Source: Octopus vulgaris
Lineage: Eukaryota
DNA length: 64,000 nt
Assembly (NCBI GenBank): GCA_951406725.2
Contig: OX597814.1
Coordinates: 200,136,001 to 200,200,000, forward strand
Direction of reading: 5' to 3'
In this document: positions 1 through 10,377 of the stretch, piece after piece
How positions within the stretch are numbered: position 1 is the stretch's first letter
Layout of the letters: each line of letters begins with the position of its first letter
The notes under the pieces: generated by a model
What the model saw: only the letters and a program-made list of their open reading frames with translations
Database searches by the model: none
What the model was told of the DNA's origin: nothing
Position numbers and translations under genes: made by a program

Positions 1-284
1 TTTGCCCAACTGTGCACAGTTTCTCTTCTCTATCCCAAATCATTATATCAGGCCTTTTGTGTTTACATTTTATTGAGGTCTTCACTTGTACATTCCACCA
101 GTATTCCTTTCTGTTATGAGTGGCTATGGCTTCTACCATATTGTGGGTTCTTATTTCTTTGTTCTTGGGATTATCCTTCTGACGGATTTCCTAATAGAGT
201 GTCCTAGCTAAGTCATGTCTCATTGGCAGAAAATAACTGTGATGGCGTATGTATGCATGCATGTCTGTGTGTCTGTCTGCCTTT

Positions 285-570
285 ACCTTTTACTTGTTTC
301 AATCATTAGATTGCAGCCATTTAAGATTTTTTTTTTAGTTAAAGGAATTGACACCTGGTACTTATTTTATTGGTCTCCTTTGCCAAACTGCTAAGTTACA
401 GGGATGTAAATACAAAGAAAGACACGTAGTTATACACTCATATACAACATCTTTTAATTTTTGTCTACCAAGTCAACACACAAGGCTCTGGTCACCCTAG
501 GTGCCATGCAATGTGAGTGAACCCAGAGCCATGAGGATGGGAAACAAACTTCTTACAACACAGCCACACC
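285..570 (-). mobile_element. Degenerate tRNA-derived SINE, family A
   Basis: Reverse complement matches the family A copies at 4698, 25473 and 60326 (tail ...gactgaaacaagtaaaag; head gtggctgtgtggtaag). Confidence 0.7.
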
Positions 571-661
571 TTGTGTGTGTGTGTGTGTGTGTGCATATAC
601 TTATGTGTTTGCATGTTTGTCTGTAAGTGTATGGGTGTTTATGTATGTATACATCTAATTC

Positions 662-778
662 TAGGTTGAGGAAAAAGTTTGTGCGCCTTGTTAAAATAAT
701 AAACTCGAACACATATATCACAAAAATATTTAATAAAGCATATTTTATCATGGCGCATGAACTTTTCTCCTCAACCTA
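662..778. mobile_element. Tc1/mariner-type MITE
   Basis: ~26-bp imperfect terminal inverted repeats taggttgaggaaaaagtttgtgcgcc / ggcgcatgaacttttctcctcaaccta, similar to mariner TAGGTTGG..AAAAGT ends. Confidence 0.6.
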
Positions 779-789
779 ATAAAACAATA

Positions 790-1182
790 TCCAATATATA
801 TAAAAGAGAAGTTGTGTGTCTGTCTCCTACGATTTAGATTTCTAAGTACTCCCACATTTTGCGGTGCAGTTTAACCAAAAGCGGGTATCGTATAGTCGTG
901 ATTCATATCTGGGTATTAGCGCACGTCTACGATGAGTCTATGATTTAAAAAAAAATTTACCATAATTTTTTTTCCATTTTAATGCATTTTTTCGCTATTA
1001 TATAAGGGAAGTAATGCTCTAAAAATGTCTACGATGAGTCAACGATTTAAAAAAATATTTACATCATTTTTTTCCCATTTATAATGCATTTTTTTTTTGT
1101 TATTTTTTGGCTATAACTCTCTAAAAATACTTATATAGTTATTCCCCTTACAAACCCGAGCAACGCCGGGCGATACTGCTAG
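790..1182 (+). mobile_element. Non-autonomous Helitron
   Basis: 5' TC..tatatataaaa start, 3' GC-rich hairpin cccgagcaacgccggg followed by CTAG|t; second copy on the minus strand at 13571-13866. Confidence 0.8.
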
Positions 1183-1416
1183 TCCAATATAATTCAAGTG
1201 TTAATCCAATGTAGGGCTCAACGTTAGAGTTCTAGAGTCAAGTATGCAATCAACAACATCCCCTTTGTGGCGACATACATAATGCCTTTTGGTATATATT
1301 GAGTTACAATGGCTTATTCATCTGATACATTCACCACTCAAAATGTGAGACCTCATCCGCAGGACATAGCTTGCCAAACTACATTAATTTTGACAAAATA
1401 CATGAGCTATTCCAAC

Positions 1417-1765
1417 TATTTACATTTGACGGATATTTGTCCTCATCAACGTTTTGGCTGATATACCCTCCAGCCTTCTTCAGATGACTTGGGCATATGG
1501 CATAGTGGTTAAGAGCACAGGCTACTAACCCCAGGATTCCAAGTTTGATTCCAAGCAGTGACCTGAACAATAACAATAATAATAATAATAATATTGAAAA
1601 ATACCTTAGGAATGAGAACCCAGGTTCAAAATTTCTCCAAGATACCTGAAGAAGGCTAGAGGGTATATCAGCCGAAACGTTATGCTAACAACAAACAAGA
1701 GGAAGACAAATATCCATCGAATGTAAATAATGTACATAATTCCTCATCTCTTAAATATAGAACTG
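1417..1765 (+). mobile_element. tRNA-headed SINE with Penelope-type hammerhead tail (family C), preceded by an inverted copy of its tail
   Basis: Inverted tail 1417-1490; head from 1491 with A box tggcatagtgg and decayed B box aagtttgattcc; (TAA)n linker; HHR core 1646-1681; flanked by tattccaactatt / tatttcaactatt (TSD-like). Confidence 0.8.
1641..1686 (+). ncRNA. Minimal (PLE-type) hammerhead ribozyme motif in SINE tail
   Basis: CTGAAGA-a-GGCTa..CAGCC-GAAAC-GTT; palindromic AACGTT replaces stem III; family consensus stem I is GACAC/GTGTT (decayed in this copy). Confidence 0.6.
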
Positions 1766-2619
1766 TATTTCAACTATTGTCTGATGATTTTGAAATGTGA
1801 CAGAAACAAGACTAGTCTTGTCAGTGCAATCATCTAACTAAGCAAATATTTCAAGTGGCTGTGTGTTATTGAGTATTTCAACATAAACTGTGGTACCCCC
1901 TATTTCTTTCTCTGTAGCAAGGTACCTAACGATATGTAATAGCTGTTTCACACTGTTTCCATTTTGTAAACATTGGTTGTGCAGTCAACAAAGTCAACAG
2001 TGATTTCACACCCATGACAAATCTTCACCAATAACAGCCAATCTTCCAAGAAAGAATAACACTGGGAATTTTGCAGCATCTCCAAGAATAAAAGGAAGGA
2101 GAGAGGAAGGTGTTCTTCAAACCAGATGTTGATGATACAAATATATGCATATGTGGGTGGATAATTTTATGGGGTGTTAGAGGAGAGTGACAGGTGGTTA
2201 AAGGTGAGGTTAGAGGTGAATATAATGAAAGATATTCAAGTGTGAGGCGTGATCAATTGGTAAGAAGGCAAAGGAAATAACTCAAGAAGGGGGAGGTAAT
2301 AAACAGTAGTACAGGAAAGATAGGGGACTGCAGCGTAATGAACTTGAGGATAGATCAGAAAATAGGGAGATGATGTGTGGGAGAATCGGAGGTGATAGAT
2401 ATAGGGGAGCAGAGATGGAGGTCAAAGACAGTTAGTGGCTGTTATAGAGAGCCATTGATGAGTGTTGAGAGGAATAACAGATATGAAAAAGTATTTAAAA
2501 TGAGGTACGGATGTTAAAAGGGGGTTCCAGGAAAAGCGGGGAGGGAACTGGTGGCAAAGAGCTGATGAAATATGTGCAGATTCTGCAGTCATATGATTGC
2601 AACAGCTGAATTATGCAGT

Positions 2620-2770
2620 TAGTGTGTGTATATGTGTGTGTGTGTATATGCATGTGCATATATGTATGTGTGTGTATATATACATAGATAGATAGATATA
2701 TACGCACACACATATACACACATGATCAGCGGCAGCAGCAGACATTAAATGATAATGATGATGTATGTGT

Positions 2771-2817
<47 letters not shown>

Positions 2818-2939
2818 ATGTATGTATATGTATGTGTGTATATATATATATGTGTGTGTATTTGCATGTATGTGAGTATATGTAGGTGTATGTATACATG
2901 TATTTATGTATATGAATATATATATATGTATATGTAAGC

Positions 2940-2970
<31 letters not shown>

Positions 2971-3015
2971 CATGTGTGTATGCATAAATGTGTGTATGTG
3001 TATGTATGATATATA
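2620..3015. repeat. Compound (TG)n/(TA)n/(TATG)n microsatellite array
   Basis: Directly visible dinucleotide and tetranucleotide repeats. Confidence 0.95.
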
Positions 3016-3211
3016 CACAAGTTATATTTACAATTTCTGGCCTATTTTGTATATTGTTGTATCAGGCATTCCTTCTCATACATAAATGCATAGGCATGTG
3101 CTATTATTGTAAATGTGTGGTTATATGTGCACGTGTGTATAAATATATTCATGTATGTAAGACTATGTGTGCAGGTGTCTTTGTGTGTATCATTTAAAAT
3201 CTAGACATTAT

Positions 3212-3249
<38 letters not shown>

Positions 3250-4127
3250 GTATGTGCGTACCTCAAGATAAATTTGTTTTCACACATATGTCAGTGTGTG
3301 AAGATTATCCACTTGTGGATAGGATTTTGAACAGATTAGCTAACACCGATCCTATATCCTTTTGTTTAGTTGTGTTTTGACTATAGATAAACACAAAGCC
3401 AGCAGGCAAGCTACATAAAGGAAGTGATGATGAAATCTGCTTAATGTTTGTTTATTTTCTAAACAAGAGAAATATTTTCTAATATCCTTTGCTTCGCTGA
3501 AGTTAAGCATGTGTTGGTTATTTACTTTGAATACAAAACCCTTTTTCTATGGAAAGTACAGGTTGGTTAAGATTTTAAAATTCATGTAAATTTATACAAA
3601 TTCATTGTTGTAAAGTATCCACTTCCCTTCAATGCATTTTTTGAATGATTAATGACATGTATATATTAACTCTTAAACTGTTGGAGTTTTTATTTGTTTC
3701 TATTAAATATTTCTGAAATGCTATCATCATCCTCGGTGGCGGCGGCAGCATTTAAGGTCTATTTTTTCCATGCAGGCGTGGGTTTAACAGTCTGACCTGA
3801 CCTGCTTAGTCGCTGAGCTGCATAAGTGCTCTACGTCAGCTTTGGCATGTCTGCTGTGGTTGGTTGTCTTTCCTAAGGCCAACCCCTTCACAGTATGAAC
3901 AGGGTACATCTTTCATGTCATCAATACTAGTGAGATTGCCAAGTAACTCGCAAGACAGGGAAAGAATAAGAAAAGGAAAAGGAAAAAAGCCCCCCCCCCA
4001 ACTAAGGTTATTTATGTGTTATGCAGTCCATTATCATATAATTTATTTCTTGGATTTTTTTGGTTGAATGCTCTACCTTTCATTTCTCTATATAAATGAT
4101 ATTCTGAAATCTTTCTCATTGTTATAT

Positions 4128-4345
4128 CATCATTTAACATGTGTTTTCCATGCTGCCATGGGTTGGACAGTCTGACAGGCGATGGCAAGTCGGAGAGCTG
4201 CACCAGGCTCCAGTTGTCTGCTCTGGCATGGTTTCCACGGTTGGATTGTCCTTCCTAATACCAACCCTTTACAGGGTGTACTGGGTGCTTTTTATGTGCC
4301 ACCAACACAGGTGTTTTATACATGGCACTAACATGGGTGCTTTTC
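4128..4345 (-). mobile_element. RTE LINE 3' tail fragment
   Basis: catcatttaac...ccatgctgccatgggttggacag matches the reverse complement of the tail at 56770-56938. Confidence 0.7.
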
Positions 4346-4697
4346 TTAATATTAGCATAATGGTTTGTTCATACTTCTTATGAGCAATGTCTTTGTCCCT
4401 TTTTAGTAGGAACATAATTTACTATTCTGTTGTGTCTGGGGAGAGTCATTTTCTTTTTGTGCCTTATAATATAACACACTCACCGGTAAAATTTCCACTT
4501 TTTTTCTTACTTTTCTTTTCCGAAAATGTTCATTCAAAAATGAAACATAATTTACTAATTTGACCTCATTATAACTCCTCTAATTATCTTAAGCTATTAA
4601 CTGCCAAACTTTTTCATTCATATTTATGGCTTTGCTATAAATATGAAGGAAAATATAATGGTTAAAATAATATATAGTATTTAAATTTTCTTCATAT

Positions 4698-5100
4698 AGG
4701 CATAGAAGTGGCTGTGTGGTAAGTAGCTTGCTTACCAACAACATGGTTCCGGGTTCAGTCCCACTGCATGGCACTTGGTCAAGTGTCTTCTACTATAGGT
4801 TCGGGCCGACCAAAATCTTGTGAGTGGATTTGGTGGACGGAAACTGAAAGAAGCCCGTTATATATATATATACTTATACATATATACATGTGTGTGTGTG
4901 TATTTGTCCCCCCCAACATCGCTTGATAAGTGATGCTGGTGTGTTCACGTCCCCGTAACTTAGCGGTTCAGCAAAAGTGACCGATAGAATAAGTACTAGG
5001 CTTACAAAGAATAAGTCCTGGGGTCGATTTGCTCAACTAAAGGCAGTGCTCCAGCATGGCCACAGTCAAATGACTGAAACAAGTAAAAGAGTAAAGAGAG
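4698..5100 (+). mobile_element. tRNA-derived SINE, family A, near full length
   Basis: A box tggctgtgtgg, B box gggttcagtcc, internal (TA)/(TG) array, tail gactgaaacaagtaaaagagtaaagag; more than 15 copies in the window. Confidence 0.9.
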
Positions 5101-5530
5101 TATATATAACTTTATATAGTTCAAAGCATTTCATTTGTCTTCCACAGTTACTGCTAATCACCAATATAACAGCTTTATAGTATTTTGATGATCACTAATC
5201 AGATGTATATCCTTCTTATTTAGATTAAGCTGAAGAATGCATTCACTTCCTTATAATTTGAACAGGAAATTTAAGTACTAGATAAATATAGTCTATATGT
5301 TAGTTCAAAGAACTTACCTTTTCATTTGCACATGTGTTTCCATATACTAAAAACATGTTTATTTGTAAATTTTATATTTCTGTTCATTCTTGTCTGTGGT
5401 CAAAGTATAATATTCTGCTGGGTGCAGTAACACTGCAGTTCTCATAATAAACATAGGATGTAATGCCGTCTGCCTGCCTGCTTGACTGTGTGTGTCTCTC
5501 TCTCTTTCTCATTTATATATATATATATAT

Positions 5531-5880
5531 TGGAAGGTTTGGAGATGATGTACAGGTATTATATATTAGAAGAAATGAGGTAATCAGAAAATTGGATGGT
5601 TTATATTTACAGATATTTATTTATATATTACATTTTTTACATATATATCACATTTTTTACATATATATCATATCATTTAGATCATTAGCGCTTTCTCCCA
5701 TTCTAGTGGGGTTTTCAAATAAAAAATCTTTGATTTGAAAACCCCACTAGAAAACCCCACTAGAATGGGAGAAAGCGCTAATGATCTAAATGATAAGATA
5801 TATATGTAAAAAATGTAATATATAAATAAATATCTGTAAATATAAACCATCCGATCTTCTGATTACCTCATTTCTTCTAA
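5531..5880. mobile_element. Fold-back (inverted) PLE-like remnant in a (TA)n array
   Basis: Arms ~5566-5720 and ~5733-5880 are reverse complements (small internal duplications in each arm); (TA)n on both sides. Confidence 0.65.
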
Positions 5881-5959
5881 AATATATATATATATATACA
5901 CACACACACATATGTACATACATATATACGGGCACATATATGTATGTAAAAAAAAAAAA

Positions 5960-6284
5960 GGAGCACTCTGTTGGTTGCGACGATGAGATTCCCAGCTGAT
6001 ACGATCAACAGAACAGCTTGCTCATGATATTTATGTGCAAGTGGCTGAGCACTCCACAAACACGTGTACCCTTAACGTAGTTCTCAGGGAGATTCAGAGT
6101 GACACAGAGTGTGACAAGGCTGGCCCCTTTGAAATACAGGTCCTACTCATTTTTGCCAGCTGAGCGGACTTGAGCAATGTGAAGTAGAGTGTCTTGCTCA
6201 AGGACACAACGAACCGCCAGGAATTGAACTCATGACCTTAGGATCATGAACCGAATGCCCCTAACCACTAAGCCACGCGCCTTC
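5960..6284 (-). mobile_element. tRNA-derived SINE, family D
   Basis: Minus-strand head gaaggcgcgtggcttagtggttagg...gagttcaattcc; 3' half shared with the SINE at 20613-21010. Confidence 0.85.
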
Positions 6285-6299
6285 ACTTGTGCATATACG

Positions 6300-6675
6300 T
6301 GGCCATATACTGTGGCCATGCTGGATCACCGCCTTTAGTCGAGCAAATTGAACCCAGGAGGTATTGTTTGTCAGCCTAGTGCTTATACTATTAGTGTCTT
6401 TTGCTGAACCACTAAGTTACAGGGACGTAAACACACCAGCATTTGTTGTCAAGTGATGTTGGATGGACAAACACAGACACACAAACATACACACACACAC
6501 ATACATATACGACAGGCTTCTTTCAGTTTCCATCTATCAAATCCACTCCACTCACAAGGCTTTGATCAGCCCGAGGCTATAGTAGAAGACACATGCCCAA
6601 GGTACCACACAGTGGGATGGAACCCAGATCCACGTGGTTGGTAAGCAAGCTACTTACCACACAGTCACTCCTGCA
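6300..6675 (-). mobile_element. SINE family A
   Basis: Reverse complement of family A head and body. Confidence 0.85.
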
Positions 6676-6686
6676 TCCACATCTAC

Positions 6687-6718
<32 letters not shown>

Positions 6719-7252
6719 ATACACACACACACACATATTTATATCCAGGATTAATAATCAAGCCAAAATGACATACATGCAACAGTCTATGAAAGCAGTA
6801 GTTCCATATAAATATAGACTCAAACCAGAACAACCTGTCTTATACCATCGAGGAAAGTGGGCATAACACTATGAGGACAATATATAAACACACACACGCA
6901 CGCACACACACACACACACACACAAGCATGCACGCACACACACACACACCAGGTGCCAGGTGTATTTGAGGATACTTTATTATCAGTATATTTACTCTCT
7001 TCAAACTGATTGAAAGATTTTATTTCTCTCTCAGATGTGCAATGACAGATAAAATGCTAATACACTGAACGAAAAGACAAGCAGTCATTGTTACCATATG
7101 TGCAGAGTGCAGTGATTTAGAAATTGCCAGCTTTCTAAATGTTATAAGAACTTTTGTACACAAAGTTCAGGTGGAATCGGAAATGTCTGGGAGGAATGTT
7201 TTAACTGTACCATGCAACAAAGAAAAAAATAACAAAAAACAAGAAAACATTC

Positions 7253-7408
7253 AGGTGTGGCTGTGTGGTAAGAAGTTTGCTTATCAACTACATGGTTCCA
7301 GGTTCAATCCCACTGCATGGCACCTTGGGCAATTGTCTTCTACTATAGCCTCAGGCCAGAGGAAACCTTGTGAGTAGATTTGCTTGACGGAAAATAAAAA
7401 AGCCTATC

Positions 7409-7445
<37 letters not shown>

Positions 7446-7823
7446 CATTTAACATCTGTTCTCTATACTACCATGGGTTGCACATTTTAACTGAAAACTG
7501 GTAAGCCAGGCAGCTGCACCAGGTTCCGATCTGATTTGGTAAGGTTTCTACAGCTGGATACTATTCCTAATGTTAACCATTCCGAGAGTGTAGTGGATGT
7601 TGTGTGTGTGTGTCTTTGTGTCTGCGTTTGTCCCCTCATCACCATTTGGCAACCAGTGTTGGTGTGTTTATGTCCCGATTACTTAGAGGTTTGGCAAAAC
7701 AGACTGACAGACGAAGTACTAAGCTTAAGAAATAAGTCCTGGCATCTATTTGTTCGACTAAAACCCTTCAAGGCAGTGCTCCAGCATGGCCACAGTCAAA
7801 TGCCTGACACAAATAAAAGAATA
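7253..7823 (+). mobile_element. SINE family A interrupted by a minus-strand RTE tail (7443-7598)
   Basis: Head 7253-7410, tail 7600-7823, RTE tail fragment inserted at the internal microsatellite. Confidence 0.75.
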
Positions 7824-7829
7824 AACCAT

Positions 7830-8100
7830 TTGGACACTGCAATTCATCCAACAATTTCAAAATGTTACCCATGATGATCCCAAAAAGTCAATGAAAGCCA
7901 TTGCTATGGAATCTTCTGAGGAGGAGCAAATTCATGTCTGCAAAGACAGGGAAACTATTTGGTCCATGTCATGTTGTTACTTAATAAGATTAAAGACACC
8001 CATGAACATGGCATACTTTGGATAATTTCTGACAGAGACTAACTGGAGAAATGACTAATGGTTAGGTGCAGATCCTTCTAATGTTCCAAGGATGGTCAAC
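7830..8100 (+). pseudogene. Tc1/mariner (maT/DD37D-like) transposase remnant
   Basis: Broken translation DPKKSMKAIA..RRSKFMSAKT..LLLNKIK..LWIISD..RND*WLGADPSNVP resembles the maT N-terminal to first-Asp region. Confidence 0.55.
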
Positions 8101-8115
8101 TGCAGAAGTGTTTCA

Positions 8116-8439
8116 TTATTTAGATTCGATGGATATTTGTCCTCTTCTTGTTTGTTGTTAACACAATTTTTCGGCTGATATACCCTCCAGCCTTCTTCAG
8201 GTGTCTTCAGCATATGGTGTAGTGGTTAAGAGTGCTGGCTACTAACACCAAGATTCCAAGTTCGATTCCAAGCAGTGACCTGAACAATAATAATAATAAT
8301 CATAATAATAATATTGAAAAATACCTTAGGAATGAGAACCCAGATTTGAAATTTCCCCAAGACACCTGAAGAAAGCTGGAGGGTATATCAGCTAAAACAT
8401 TGTGTTAACAACAAACAAGATGAGGACAAATATCCATCA
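8116..8439 (+). mobile_element. SINE family C with inverted 5' tail copy
   Basis: Inverted tail 8116-8207 (minus strand gacac CTGAAGA a GGCTG..CAGCC GAAA), then head, (TAA)n and forward tail with decayed HHR at 8361-8406. Confidence 0.8.
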
Positions 8440-8792
8440 CAGAACCAAAAGCAAACATATTTTCACTGAAGATTGGGAAAGAAAAATCAGCCAACATGAT
8501 GGTGGTGTTTTTTTACAACTATTATGCGATGTCAAAGCAAGAAGACAGGACACACTCACATACAGATGTGTGTGTGTGTGCACATGTGTGTGTGTGCACA
8601 TGTGTGTACACATGACAAGCTTCTTTCAGTGTTTCACTCTGACAAATCTTTTCACAAAGCTTTGGTCACTTGGGGCTATAACAGAAGAAAGTTGATCAGT
8701 GTGTCACACAATGGGGTTGAACCAGGAACCCTGGGATTGAGAAGCAAACTTTTTACCACATGACAACTGACATCATCTTCATAATATATATA

Positions 8793-9197
8793 TAATGTGG
8801 GTGGCTAATTTGCAATTTTACAACCTAAAGGCAGGAATATATACATTGATAAAATAAACAAGGGCATTATTAAGCACCAGTATTGCTAGAAATAAGAGTC
8901 AAAACAACTCAATAGCCAACAAAAGCACTATCTTAATGAGCTGATTCCATAGGGAGCACTATCTCCAAAGGGAGACAAGCTCCTTATGGTCGTAAATACA
9001 ACCGGATCATCGATGATTTTGTGTTTCGATTCTTAATGCTTCTTAAGGCTTATCAGTGGCTCTCACCATGCCTGGGGTTAAAATCATCTCGCCTTGTAAG
9101 CTCATGAGATTTCCATGGGGATCGTATGCTGATTTCCTAAATGGTAAAAGTGAAAATTATAAATAATGTAGGTGGCTAATTTGCAATTTTACAACCT
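8793..9197 (-). mobile_element. (TA)-flanked ~370-bp element with 35-bp terminal direct repeat and degenerate HHR-like motif
   Basis: taatgt(g/a)ggtggctaatttgcaattttacaaccta at ~8793 and ~9163; minus-strand CTGATAA..GAAAC at ~9052-9019; hairpin 8947-8988. Confidence 0.55.
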
Positions 9198-9213
9198 ATA
9201 TATGCGTGTGTGC

Positions 9214-9258
<45 letters not shown>

Positions 9259-9262
<4 letters not shown>

Positions 9263-9661
9263 TTAATAAATTTTAGGGTAGCAAAAAATTCTAGAAAAAT
9301 TCTCCGCTACCAGCAGTCAAGTGAGAAGGAAAAAATAGTCAATAGACTATATAATATACATTCAAACATATAAGGGACGGCCATAATAGGACATCTGATT
9401 CACTAGAAAGAGCAGCCAAACTCCAAACCACTAATAGTTGTAATTCTGAAATGGAAAGAGAAATAAAAACGTTTACCCTCTCCTTTCTGGACTATGACTA
9501 GTTTCGGCAATCTTTTGTAAATAAATTAATTTAATTAATTTATTTACCACTGGCGTTGCCTCGTCAGCAGAAAAGCCAAGGACTAACGTATATCCACGAG
9601 GCGATGATAAACATGCAACGAGTTTATATGCTATAAATTTTCAAAAATTTTTCAAAAATTT
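9259..9661 (-). mobile_element. (TA)n-embedded non-autonomous PLE-like element carrying a hammerhead
   Basis: Unique 400-bp block between two (TA)n arrays; contains HHR 9482-9575 and the shared motif tttggctgctctttctag; minus-strand end gctaccctaaaatttattaattaa. Confidence 0.65.
9482..9575 (-). ncRNA. Type I hammerhead ribozyme (complete)
   Basis: Minus strand: stem I CUUUUCUG/CAGAAAGG (8 bp, one G-U), core CUGACGA, stem II GGCAA/UUGCC capped by a 14-bp AU hairpin, GAAA, stem III ACUA-GUCA-UAGU, cleavage triplet GUC (cut between 9490 and 9489). Confidence 0.85.
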
Positions 9662-9859
9662 GTATATATATATATATATATATATTACTATTTTAGTCAT
9701 ACTGAAGGACAAGCATGAAGGATTTAGCCAAACAAATCGTTCTCTTGCCTATTTCTTTTTCAGTTGGTTCTTATTCTATCGTATCATTTTGCTAATACAT
9801 TGACTTATGGAGGTGTAAACAAACCAACATTGGTTGTCAAGTACTAAGAAGACAGGCAC

Positions 9860-10139
9860 AAACACACACACACATGTATATATGCATACAAATGAATATA
9901 TACACATGTATACATATACACATGCATGTGCATATAAACATGCATATATGTGCACATCTATACATACACATATATACATGCATATATATATATATGTATA
10001 GATAAATATATATATTTATACATCGATATGTATATGTATATACAGAGACATATTTATGTATATACATGTAAATGTATATATATATTCATGTATATATACA
10101 TTCATATATGTGTATGTATATACACACACATGCATATAG

Positions 10140-10170
<31 letters not shown>

Positions 10171-10200
10171 CATGGATATATATATATATATATATATAAA
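9860..10200. repeat. Compound (TA)n/(CA)n/(TACA)n microsatellite array
   Basis: Directly visible. Confidence 0.95.
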
Positions 10201-10339
10201 TTAGAGAAAAAAACCCACTATTATGCAATTTAAACAATGATAGACATAAGCCAAATCATAAATAAAAAATAAAATATTTTTATAAAACACGTAACTAGGT
10301 CACAAAAAGTATAAAAATGAATAATCTATATATAATAAG

Positions 10340-10375
<36 letters not shown>

Positions 10376-10377
<2 letters not shown>

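Noticed and set aside
1491-1565. tRNA gene calls for SINE heads (also 4698, 20615, 63843)
   Set aside because: A and B boxes are present but acceptor stems do not close, and each continues into a multicopy SINE body.
1781-1805. Isolated CTGATGA matches (1781, 11329, 12692, 27448, 49875, 59709)
   Set aside because: No stem II/GAAA/stem I arrangement could be built, so these are chance matches to the hammerhead core.
2495-3197. ORFs rich in YI/HT/VC dipeptides (also 9776-10237, 38858-39735, 47238-47652)
   Set aside because: Translations of (TA)n/(CA)n microsatellites, which lack stop codons by composition; no splice or codon evidence.
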